Below are positions 1-7,108 of a stretch of DNA of 43,121 nt, in pieces. The position numbers were made by a program, and so were the translations under genes. How positions within the stretch are numbered: position 1 is the first letter of the stretch; the number at the start of each line of letters is the position of its first letter. The DNA is taken from positions 1 to 43,121 of IMG/VR virus record IMGVR_UViG_3300045988_024784; one strand, 5' to 3'. The notes beneath the pieces were generated by a model that saw only the letters and a program-made list of their open reading frames with translations, ran no database searches and was not told where the DNA came from. The DNA is from a virus.

Positions 1-2
1 TT

Positions 3-48
3 TGGTGGACCACCAGGGGTTCGAACCCTGGACACCCTGATTAAGAGT
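3..48 (-). repeat. Left att core: displaced 3' fragment of tRNA-Lys(CUU)
   Basis: The reverse complement reads A-CTCTTAA-TCAGG-GTGTC-CAGGG-TTCGAAC-CCCTG-GTGGTCC-A-CCA. That is an anticodon loop with CTT, a variable loop, a T arm, the acceptor 3' strand and CCA. The sequence beyond position 48 cannot pair as the anticodon stem, so this copy is truncated. Confidence 0.85.
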
Positions 49-143
49 TAATTTTCATACTATAGATAAACCCAGTAAATACAGTATTTAACTACATTTT
101 ATAATATCACATTTAACTATATTTCTATATATTTTTTAATAAA

Positions 144-165
144 TTGATGTCAAAATGATGTCAAA
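144..165. promoter_or_regulatory. Tandem TGATGTCAAA(A) repeats, candidate arm-type integrase binding sites (left arm)
   Basis: TTGATGTCAAAATGATGTCAAA at 144-165 recurs almost identically at 42996-43018, and a third copy lies at 43034-43046. Confidence 0.5.
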
Positions 166-199
166 CACAAAAAGCCCCAGGTAGTATTTACCTGGGGCT
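166..199 (-). terminator. Rho-independent terminator after the lysis cassette
   Basis: Stem AGCCCCAGG (173-181) pairs with CCTGGGGCT (191-199). On the minus strand the stem is followed by TTTTTGTGTTT. Confidence 0.75.
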
Positions 200-240
200 T
201 GCCTTACGTCCGCCCTCGTAAGGCTAGGGAGATAATTGGA

Positions 241-726
241 TCACCTCTCTATCGATGGATCACTACTCCGATTACTGCTCCCGCTCCCACCATCTGGGAT
301 AGGTTGCGCTGCATCCGTAGGCGTTTGATTGTTCTCTTGTCGTTGTCGATTTGCCCTTTCAATTCTATCAAAGAGCTCGACATTTCTGACAAGGTAACTT
401 CTTGCTTCATGGATAGCATTTTGGCTTTCATCAATTCTGTTTCCAATGTCGATATTGTATTGTGTGCTTCGTTCAATTCTTCCCTTTGCTTCATGACCAA
501 GCTCTGCACTTCGGTCAATGGAGCGCTGGATGTCTCGATTAAGCTCAAGGCTTTCTCGTTGTTGCTTTTCAATTCGTTCCACTGTGTTAAGGGAATCGTG
601 ATTGTTGCTTCCACTTGGCTCGTGGAAGATGTACCAGCAGCAAAAGACGGAGAGGAGCACAATACCACAGATAACAGCATGGCGGTAACTAAGGCTATTA
701 AGTAAAACTTTGATTTTGTCATACAT
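241..726 (-). CDS. i-spanin-like protein (N-terminal TM anchor, coiled coil, Pro/Gly/Ser-rich tail)
   Basis: It is the last gene of the lysis cassette. GGAGG lies 6 nt upstream of the ATG, and the start overlaps the amidase stop. TM segment AVICGIVLLSVFCCWYIF is followed by heptad-like charged sequence. Confidence 0.55.
   Translation of the reverse strand: MYDKIKVLLNSLSYRHAVICGIVLLSVFCCWYIFHEPSGSNNHDSLNTVERIEKQQRESLELNRDIQRSIDRSAELGHEAKGRIERSTQYNIDIGNRIDESQNAIHEARSYLVRNVELFDRIERANRQRQENNQTPTDAAQPIPDGGSGSSNRSSDPSIER
249..722 (-). CDS. Alternative frame nearly co-extensive with 241-726: signal peptide with Cys (LLSVVLC), coiled coil, short C-terminal hydrophobic segment (u-spanin-like or o-spanin-like)
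   Basis: The ATG is 4 nt downstream of the other start and could use the same Shine-Dalgarno. I cannot decide from sequence which frame is translated, or whether both are. Confidence 0.35.
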   Translation of the reverse strand: MTKSKFYLIALVTAMLLSVVLCSSPSFAAGTSSTSQVEATITIPLTQWNELKSNNEKALSLIETSSAPLTEVQSLVMKQREELNEAHNTISTLETELMKAKMLSMKQEVTLSEMSSSLIELKGQIDNDKRTIKRLRMQRNLSQMVGAGAVIGVVIHR

Positions 727-1244
727 TATGCCCCTCCTGCGTAGTCAGTAATCCCCCTAGCAATGGCGCGTACGATAGTATCAAGGTCGTTGGACAGCAT
801 AGCGTGATCTTCTTCGTTATCAATGAACGCCATTTCAACTAATACTGCAGTTGCATCCGTGCCATTTAGTACCCAAAGGTCGTCGCGTTTCTTAACGCCT
901 CTGTCTACCGTATTAATGCTGCGGATGATTTGACTTTGAATGTCGTTCGCTAAGCGTTGCCCGTTAAAAGATTTATACAACGTTTCAGTTCCTCGAGCTT
1001 CTGTATTAAATGCATTACAGTGGAGGGATACGAATATATCTGCGCCCCAAGAATCAGATTCAGAACATACTAGACCTAAATCATCATCTTGTAGCGTACG
1101 GACTTCACATCCTGCTGTTTCGAGATACCGTGCTAACATTTTGCCCGCATTACGGGCCACATCACATTCACGTGTGCCATATACAGGGTTAACTGCGCCA
1201 CTATCTAAGTTGATATCGTGGCCAGGATTAATAAATACTTTCAT
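726..1244 (-). CDS. Endolysin, N-acetylmuramoyl-L-alanine amidase (Amidase_3-like)
   Basis: Motifs FINPGH, SLHCNA and LVEMAFIDN are present. It sits between the holin and the spanin candidates. Confidence 0.9.
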   Translation of the reverse strand: MKVFINPGHDINLDSGAVNPVYGTRECDVARNAGKMLARYLETAGCEVRTLQDDDLGLVCSESDSWGADIFVSLHCNAFNTEARGTETLYKSFNGQRLANDIQSQIIRSINTVDRGVKKRDDLWVLNGTDATAVLVEMAFIDNEEDHAMLSNDLDTIVRAIARGITDYAGGA

Positions 1245-1573
1245 CGTTTATCCTCCTCTTCTAATTTATCAGGAATACCATTGTTATTTTGGTCTATCCA
1301 AAGACCCAAGAACCCTACAATAGCCGTTAAGACACTAGGTATGAATATGTGGTCAATAATAGTAATGCCTACATTAATCAACTTATTAGCTTCGTCTGAC
1401 ACATACCCGCTAATAAAGGACATAACATATTGAGTGACCACCAATAAAATAGGCACTAGCATAATAAATACTAGTGCCCTTGTGGCTAATATACCTGTAG
1501 GGTGGAAGTTAGCCACCCTTACAGATTGATATGATTTTTTAACGGCGTTGATGAGATTTGGTGGTAAGTTCAT
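1241..1573 (-). CDS. Holin candidate (two TM helices). The start is moved to the internal ATG at 1573.
   Basis: AAGGAGGGG lies 4 nt upstream of ATG 1573. TM segments are LVFIMLVPILLVVTQYVMSFI and IFIPSVLTAIVGFLGLWI, with a charged C-terminus. It is immediately upstream of the endolysin. Confidence 0.65.
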   Translation of the reverse strand: MNLPPNLINAVKKSYQSVRVANFHPTGILATRALVFIMLVPILLVVTQYVMSFISGYVSDEANKLINVGITIIDHIFIPSVLTAIVGFLGLWIDQNNNGIPDKLEEEDKR

Positions 1574-1877
1574 GGAGCCCCTCCTTAATATCATCAACAC
1601 GCGCTTCGATGCCGTCGACACGAGACGTTAGTTTCACATGTTCTGTGTACGCCTTAGTACGCTGTTCACGTGATAGCTTAATTTCATCTTTCAAGTCTTT
1701 CAACGTATCGGTAAGCACGCCCATTTTTTCCTGAAACATCAAATTATCTTGCATCCTTTGAAGGTCCAGTTTTTCGAGTAGCGGGATAATCAGTAGTCTG
1801 TACCCCGCCCCCGCAACTACGCCTACTATTGTAAGCGTAGTTAAAATGTCATTCAATTCAAATTGCCATGTCCACAT
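1539..1877 (-). CDS. Membrane-anchored coiled-coil protein of the lysis cassette (holin-associated role possible)
   Basis: One N-terminal TM segment (ILTTLTIVGVVAGAGY) is followed by a long helical charged region. It lies between the fibre genes and the holin. Confidence 0.55.
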   Translation of the reverse strand: MWTWQFELNDILTTLTIVGVVAGAGYRLLIIPLLEKLDLQRMQDNLMFQEKMGVLTDTLKDLKDEIKLSREQRTKAYTEHVKLTSRVDGIEARVDDIKEGLHELTTKSHQRR

Positions 1878-1890
1878 CCCTTTTATGCCA

Positions 1891-3273
1891 TTACCCCTTT
1901 CTCCAAAATCCTATAATATCAATAATATAACGAGTGCTCGCCGGTACACCCCAAGCCTTAATCATACGGCTGTTTCGTTCAACATAAACACTATTGTTAT
2001 TTACATTAACGCTTTTTTCTATTAATCGTACAGAAACTGGCGAATTCGGTGGAAGCGATGCGACTACGTTACCATTACCGGAAGGGGCAGTTAATACAAA
2101 GTCAAAATGCAAGTACCCCCAACCAGTTAAGGGGTCGAATGCTAAATATCCTCTGTCCGCACCTCGTTCACCTGCTTTTGCCGTTCCCCAAACAACTTCA
2201 TATATTTCGACTGGTTGTGAAGTTACTTGTCCGCCACCGCTTCCAGGGTCGCCCTTTGGTCCTCTTAATGCGAGTAATTGTTCCGCGGTAAAGTCGGAAT
2301 ATTTAAAAGGCTCGCCTTTATCGCCTTTAGGTCCTTTAAGTGCGTTAAGTTGTTCTTGCGTAAAATCTGAATACTTAAACGGTTCCCCTTTAGGCCCTGG
2401 TGGTCCTGGTACCCCTTGCGGTCCTCGTTCGCCGTCCGCCCCACGTTGTCCAGGAGTTCCAGGTTCACCTTTAGGTCCTTTCAACTTTTCAATCTGTTCA
2501 GGGGTGAGCTGTACGCTTGAAGCCGATGTATATTGATTGATTTCGGCTTTCTTAACATAATCACTTAATTCAGATTTTTGAGCGAATGATTGTCCTTCAA
2601 TTTTATTAATGTAACGAGTACTAGCATCACCAGGAGTTAACGCATATTGAGCAATCTCGTTCTTCTTAATAAAAGTACCTAAATCATTCTTATAGGCGAA
2701 TGTTTGAGTAGCCCAACCCTTTTGAGCGTAATTATTTGTCGCATCTGTTTTAGATAAATAATCGTTTAACTCTGTTTTAAGCGCATATTTAGGGTCGCCT
2801 ATCATAGCGAGGTAATTTCTTATATCTACTTTTTTTAGATACAGATTGTCGGATTCTTGTTTAGTTGCATACGGCGATAAATCTACATTAGCACCAGTTC
2901 CAGGCGGTCCTGGTGGCCCTTGTTCACCTCTAGGGCCTTTTAAATTTTCTAATTGTTCTTGTGTGAACATATCATAAGTAAAAGGCTTTCCGTCTTTGCC
3001 AGGCGGCCCTTGTATACCCTGTTCGCCGTTTAGCCCATTTCGACCTGGATCGCCTTTAAGGCCGTTAACTCCATCTTTACCAGGAGGTCCAGGAGGGCCT
3101 TGAATACCTTGTATCCCTTGTTCACCGTCAACACCATTTCGACCAGGTTCGCCTGGAGGCCCAGGAGGACCTGGCGGCCCTGGGTCGCCTTTTGGGCCTT
3201 GTAGTTTAACGATTTGAGTATTGTCTTTAACTTTGATTACTTCCTTGTCTTCGTGAATATGTAGTTCGTCCAT
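1891..3273 (-). CDS. Collagen-like tail fibre protein
   Basis: There are several blocks of Gly-X-Y repeats (GPKGDPGPPGPPGPPGEPGRNG...). The module (K/E)PF(T/K)Y(D/S)(M/D)FT(Q/A)EQL.(N/A)L(K/R)GP(K/R)G is repeated, and there is a globular C-terminal domain. Confidence 0.85.
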   Translation of the reverse strand: MDELHIHEDKEVIKVKDNTQIVKLQGPKGDPGPPGPPGPPGEPGRNGVDGEQGIQGIQGPPGPPGKDGVNGLKGDPGRNGLNGEQGIQGPPGKDGKPFTYDMFTQEQLENLKGPRGEQGPPGPPGTGANVDLSPYATKQESDNLYLKKVDIRNYLAMIGDPKYALKTELNDYLSKTDATNNYAQKGWATQTFAYKNDLGTFIKKNEIAQYALTPGDASTRYINKIEGQSFAQKSELSDYVKKAEINQYTSASSVQLTPEQIEKLKGPKGEPGTPGQRGADGERGPQGVPGPPGPKGEPFKYSDFTQEQLNALKGPKGDKGEPFKYSDFTAEQLLALRGPKGDPGSGGGQVTSQPVEIYEVVWGTAKAGERGADRGYLAFDPLTGWGYLHFDFVLTAPSGNGNVVASLPPNSPVSVRLIEKSVNVNNNSVYVERNSRMIKAWGVPASTRYIIDIIGFWRKG

Positions 3274-3611
3274 TATTTCCCCCTATTACTAATACCTTCA
3301 ACTATATTAATCTGTCCTTTTACAAGACATTTAATAGGGTGATCGCCACTCCAAAGAAATAAGTCCCATTGATATTTACCGACTTCTAAAGCGCTTGTAT
3401 CAAGCGAAAGAGTGATTTTAGATGCCTCATCGCTTTCTAGCTCATCAGTAGATACACCAATATCAAACTTTGCTTTATAGTCTTCGTCCGGCGAATATTT
3501 ACGAACACAGGCGAACAGACTTTCGCTTGCAACAACATTGTTATAACCAATGTTAAGAGAAATCACTTCCCCTTTGATTGCATTAAAGTTGTGTGGGACT
3601 GGCAGTTTCAT
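3273..3611 (-). CDS. Hypothetical protein in the fibre region
   Basis: ORF tightly coupled to the collagen-like fibre gene (ATGA-type overlap at 3273). I recognise no motif. Confidence 0.6.
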   Translation of the reverse strand: MKLPVPHNFNAIKGEVISLNIGYNNVVASESLFACVRKYSPDEDYKAKFDIGVSTDELESDEASKITLSLDTSALEVGKYQWDLFLWSGDHPIKCLVKGQINIVEGISNRGK

Positions 3612-3747
3612 CTTCGTGTACCTCGTCCATTAAATCATTATGGATACAGCCCTCTGTTGGGCATGTTCCGTCTTCGTTAAGCACTTCCCAGCAGTACTCA
3701 CAGAATTCCATAACAGGTACTTTACTTTCTCCGATATATTTAGGCAT
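3583..3747 (-). CDS. Small Cys-rich protein (54 aa; CEYC...CPTEGC, zinc-ribbon-like), below the ORF-track cutoff
   Basis: My own translation is MPKYIGESKVPVMEFCEYCWEVLNEDGTCPTEGCIHNDLMDEVHEDETASPTQL. GGAGG lies 9 nt upstream, and the ATG is 1 nt after the stop of 3749-4141. Confidence 0.45.
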   Translation of the reverse strand: MPKYIGESKVPVMEFCEYCWEVLNEDGTCPTEGCIHNDLMDEVHEDETASPTQL

Positions 3748-3748
3748 A

Positions 3749-4141
3749 TTATTGTACCTCCTTAATACGAGTTACCATTTCGGTATTTAATTTGATATAT
3801 TGTGCGCTAATGGCTGCGGTAGGTTTGCCCATTAATAACAATCTGCGTTGAGCCTCTTCTAAGGATTTGAAGCGTGGCTCGTATTCAGATTTAATCGCGT
3901 TAATCTTATCTTCCTTTGTAGGAACATACGGAGCAGGCGCAACAAATTTGCCGTCTACATAGAATTTACCTTTCATAAATTCATCTAGCATGCTGTCGCC
4001 ATCTGCAGAGTAAATATAATCTGCTGCATCTGGCCATTCTTGTTTCGCAGTTGCTAACAACTGCTCTTGCGTTACTGTATTATCAACATAGGACGTAATT
4101 CGTTCGCCCATTTCGTTTAACACAAATACATATTGATTCAT
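3749..4141 (-). CDS. Hypothetical protein downstream of the variable fibre gene (fibre-assembly role possible)
   Basis: ORF with a plausible start. Its position resembles that of tail-fibre chaperones, but I recognise no diagnostic motif. Confidence 0.55.
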   Translation of the reverse strand: MNQYVFVLNEMGERITSYVDNTVTQEQLLATAKQEWPDAADYIYSADGDSMLDEFMKGKFYVDGKFVAPAPYVPTKEDKINAIKSEYEPRFKSLEEAQRRLLLMGKPTAAISAQYIKLNTEMVTRIKEVQ

Positions 4142-4167
4142 AGTCGTATCCTTTCGGAGGTGAAATT

Positions 4168-5013
4168 ATGCGCCGTTACGCTGTTATGCTAAAACGTAGA
4201 CAACGCAATACCATTACATTAAGGCAACTATTTAACGAGTGGCTGCCTATTCACTCTCAGTCTATTTCTGATAGTGCTGTTAATTCTTATCACATTGCTT
4301 TTAAACACATATCCAACATAGCGGATATGCCTATCACGGATATTCATTTTCAGCACCTTCAGAACGTGATTAATTCCATGCACGTAAAAGGACTTTCCTA
4401 CTCATCATGTAAGAAAGTCCGCACGTTACTTAATCAATTATTTAATTACGCAATCATTAAAGATTACCCCATCACTAATTACGCCTTACACTTAAATCTT
4501 GGCCCCAATATACCGACGATTCAGCGAAAAGTATTTACTCGCCAACAAATCAACAAATTATGGGCAATAGATACTTCTTATTCCCATATGATTTTAATAC
4601 TGCTCTACACCGGACTACGTATCGGTGAGCTACTTAATTTACGCGGGCAAGATATCAATAGACGATCATCATACCTTATCGTAAGACGCGCTAAAACAAA
4701 AGCGGGCGAGGGTCGTATCATCCCTATACATCGCCGCATCATGCCTATAATAGAGCAACTACATACTAGCGATTACCTATTCACTATCAGCTATACAACA
4801 TTCCGTAAACATTTCCGGGATATTATGAAGCATCTTAACTGCAAGCACACTATCCACGATACCAGGCACACATTCGCCAGTTTACTTGATGCGGTTGCGC
4901 CACCTAACACGTTACGCTCCTTACTAGGCCACAAACAAGGCGATATCACTACTAGGGTATACACGCATAAAACTATTCGTGAACTGCGTAAAACCGTAGA
5001 ATTATTAAAGTAA
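4168..5013 (+). CDS. Tyrosine site-specific recombinase, candidate fibre-cassette invertase (Rci-like role)
   Basis: Catalytic-type motifs are YTGLRIGELLNL (Arg), KTKAGEGRIIPI (Lys), HDTRHTFAS (HxxR), LLGH and RVYTH (Tyr). GGAGG lies 7 nt upstream of the ATG. It is the only plus-strand gene inside the late region, and its stop abuts crossover site 1. Confidence 0.9.
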   Translation: MRRYAVMLKRRQRNTITLRQLFNEWLPIHSQSISDSAVNSYHIAFKHISNIADMPITDIHFQHLQNVINSMHVKGLSYSSCKKVRTLLNQLFNYAIIKDYPITNYALHLNLGPNIPTIQRKVFTRQQINKLWAIDTSYSHMILILLYTGLRIGELLNLRGQDINRRSSYLIVRRAKTKAGEGRIIPIHRRIMPIIEQLHTSDYLFTISYTTFRKHFRDIMKHLNCKHTIHDTRHTFASLLDAVAPPNTLRSLLGHKQGDITTRVYTHKTIRELRKTVELLK

Positions 5014-5017
5014 CTCC

Positions 5018-5026
5018 CCAGTGGGG
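5018..5026 (+). repeat. Crossover site 1 (CCAGTGGGG core)
   Basis: The 9-bp core is shared with sites 2 and 3. It reads Q-W-G in the phase of cassette A. Confidence 0.7.
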
Positions 5027-5243
5027 GGCTGTTAATAACGTACCACAAAGCTCGTATATTAGTTATCCTATAGCATTTAGGACGGCGTTCAGCATCTCCG
5101 GTATCGATTTAAACATTGATGGGGACCCTTTAGTACTATCTATGTTCTTAACAGATAATACGAAATTTATGATAACTGGTCGACGCATACTCGGTGGTAG
5201 AAATAACCTATGGTGTCATTGGATAGCCGTTGGGATAGCTTAA
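5019..5243 (+). other. Silent tail-fibre C-terminal cassette A (74 codons plus stop, no start codon or RBS)
   Basis: Translation is QWGAVNNVPQSSYISYPIAFRTAFSISGIDLNIDGDPLVLSMFLTDNTKFMITGRRILGGRNNLWCHWIAVGIA*. It has the same QWG...YPIAF...WIAVG layout as the expressed fibre tip. Confidence 0.8.
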
Positions 5244-5256
5244 TATCCAGTGGGGA
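5244..5256 (+). repeat. Crossover site 2 (TATCCAGTGGGGA)
   Basis: This 13-mer is identical to the reverse complement of 5697-5709 inside the expressed fibre gene. Confidence 0.75.
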
Positions 5257-5481
5257 GCGTTTACTAACGTACCAATAGGAGGTACAATTTCATTCCCTGT
5301 TTCCTTTGATAGAGAGTGTTACGTAGTAGTTGGTAATGATATGAATGGTAACAATGTTGATAACCAGGTCCATTCGTTTAGAGAGCATACTAGAACAGGG
5401 GTTAAAGTATATTCTCAGGCGGCGAAAGATGGATTAAATAAAACTACGGCTTGGGGCAGATTTATCGCGGTAGGTAATTAG
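5248..5481 (+). other. Silent tail-fibre C-terminal cassette B (77 codons plus stop, no start codon)
   Basis: Translation is QWGAFTNVPIGGTISFPVSFDRECYVVVGNDMNGNNVDNQVHSFREHTRTGVKVYSQAAKDGLNKTTAWGRFIAVGN*. Its stop overlaps the stop of the expressed gene tail-to-tail. Confidence 0.8.
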
Positions 5482-6467
5482 ATAATTCCTAGTGCGAACC
5501 AGTAATAGGATGCGGCATATCTATCACTCGCCACAAATACAGCTTTTGTATTATTGCTTTCGCTTACAGAGTTTGCAAAATATCTAGGTGTATCAGAACC
5601 ACTCCAATACGCATCGATCGCATTTGCCATGAATAATCTTGTAAATCTAATAGGGAATGTTACTTCCGTTTTTGTGACATTATCTTGTCCGCCAGTTCCC
5701 CACTGGATAGTGAAACCATTAGCAAATTTAACAAAGCCCGCATTAGCGTCGAGCTTAGATGCCACGATAGCACCTTGGCCTAACAGGCTTTTAAGTGTAC
5801 CCAAGTTAAGCACTTTATTAATATCGTTATCGCTATAGTTAGAAGTAATGAAGTTAATAACTTCTTGTGAGTTATCGCCTTTTGTTACTTGCAAGCCTTG
5901 ATTATGTTTAGCGATTGCTTTTGCATATTGGTTTGAGGTAACGTCTAACTTTTTATTAAATGCGTCTTGATGTGCATTTGTAGCCGAATTATGCGCATCT
6001 AATGCAGCTTGCGTGATGTATAGTTGACTGTTAAGGTTGATTTTAACATTAACATCGTTACCAATATAAAAGGTTACAGTAATCAACTTTTCATCTAAAG
6101 ATGTACCAGCTGGGGTATAACTTGCTTGTGCTCCGGCGTTCGTATAAGCGAATAGCTTTTCCGTACCAGTATCACCAACTTTTGCAAATACCCCTAATTC
6201 ACGAGCATAAAAACCACTTGTAACGCTTGCATTAGAAATAGTCGCTACAACGTCGATTTCACCGTTTCCTCGACTGTTAATCGCCTGTACAGTATTCTGT
6301 GCCATAGGGTGCTTTAATGCTGTTAAAGTTTCAAGGCTTTCACTTTCGGTTAACGTGCCATCACCCAATGCAATTCGAGTAAAAATAAGTGGCTTTTTAG
6401 ATTTAATCGCCTCAACCAATAGATTGCTACCGGCTAAGGTCGGAATAATTTTATTGTAATTACTCAT
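5478..6467 (-). CDS. Tail fibre protein with a constant N-terminal part and a currently expressed variable C-terminal tip
   Basis: The N-terminus (IPTLAGSNLL...FTRIALGDG...) resembles the conserved N-terminal domain of P2 H / Mu S-type fibres. The C-terminus is IQWGTGG...VTFPIRF...YWFALGII. It follows the baseplate genes. Confidence 0.85.
   Translation of the reverse strand: MSNYNKIIPTLAGSNLLVEAIKSKKPLIFTRIALGDGTLTESESLETLTALKHPMAQNTVQAINSRGNGEIDVVATISNASVTSGFYARELGVFAKVGDTGTEKLFAYTNAGAQASYTPAGTSLDEKLITVTFYIGNDVNVKINLNSQLYITQAALDAHNSATNAHQDAFNKKLDVTSNQYAKAIAKHNQGLQVTKGDNSQEVINFITSNYSDNDINKVLNLGTLKSLLGQGAIVASKLDANAGFVKFANGFTIQWGTGGQDNVTKTEVTFPIRFTRLFMANAIDAYWSGSDTPRYFANSVSESNNTKAVFVASDRYAASYYWFALGII
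5697..5709 (-). repeat. Crossover site 3 (TATCCAGTGGGGA on the minus strand) inside the fibre CDS
   Basis: Plus strand reads TCCCCACTGGATA. It encodes I-Q-W-G at the boundary between the constant and variable parts. Confidence 0.75.
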
Positions 6468-6478
6468 GGTTCAACTCC

Positions 6479-7108
6479 TTAATAGTGTAAATTAATATTG
6501 CTTCTAATAGCGACTGCACCAACAGGGCAAGCATAAATTCCTCGTGCTGTAATTGATTTATCAGGCTTTTCTTGTGTGATGTAAATACGTTCGGTATTAG
6601 TTACCGCACCAACAGCAACAATCGGTCCTTTAGCGTTAAATTCATGTGCTATAGCATATGTCAAATGTGCCGGCTTATATACTTCGATTACATTTCGTAT
6701 CTCGTCTAAGGCGTCAGCCGTATCAAGAAGGACACTAAATCTATTAGGTCCGGTATTCTCTTTAACTACCGCACTACCAGGAGGATATACAAGGTTAATA
6801 AACTCTTGCAACTTGTTTTCGGTGATTGTTTGCGATCCTTGAATTTTGATTAATAAATAGGCCCGCCTATCATCAATAGATAAGTTGCGATTGTTTTCAA
6901 GTCCATATACTCGTTCCCAATCATCAAGACCCCAAGTTGCCGTTTCAACAAACAACTGCTTGCATATGTCGATAATCAATAAGCGTTGCTTTTCGTGTTC
7001 CTCGCTTAACGAGTCTTGCGTTCCTTTAAAGGTTTTATCCTTTGATAGGTACTTAGGCAAGTATCTTAGTACATCGACTTTATAAGTCCTTAAAAGGTTG
7101 AAAATCAT
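6479..7108 (-). CDS. Baseplate/tail protein, XkdU / Mu gp48-like (DUF2313-type)
   Basis: The WGLDDWERVYGL motif is present, and the gene sits directly after the baseplate J-like gene. Confidence 0.75.
   Translation of the reverse strand: MIFNLLRTYKVDVLRYLPKYLSKDKTFKGTQDSLSEEHEKQRLLIIDICKQLFVETATWGLDDWERVYGLENNRNLSIDDRRAYLLIKIQGSQTITENKLQEFINLVYPPGSAVVKENTGPNRFSVLLDTADALDEIRNVIEVYKPAHLTYAIAHEFNAKGPIVAVGAVTNTERIYITQEKPDKSITARGIYACPVGAVAIRSNINLHY

Noticed and set aside
199-705. 168-aa plus-strand ORF overlapping the spanin locus
   Set aside because: It is antisense to the lysis cassette, crosses the minus-strand terminator stem at its start, and has no RBS. Its composition is Cys/Ser/Leu-rich and low-complexity, typical of the shadow frame of a coiled-coil gene.
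5014-5712. Diversity-generating retroelement as the source of fibre variability
   Set aside because: There is no reverse transcriptase and no template/variable repeat pair with adenine-specific differences anywhere in the window. The cassettes are distinct sequences joined by inverted crossover cores.
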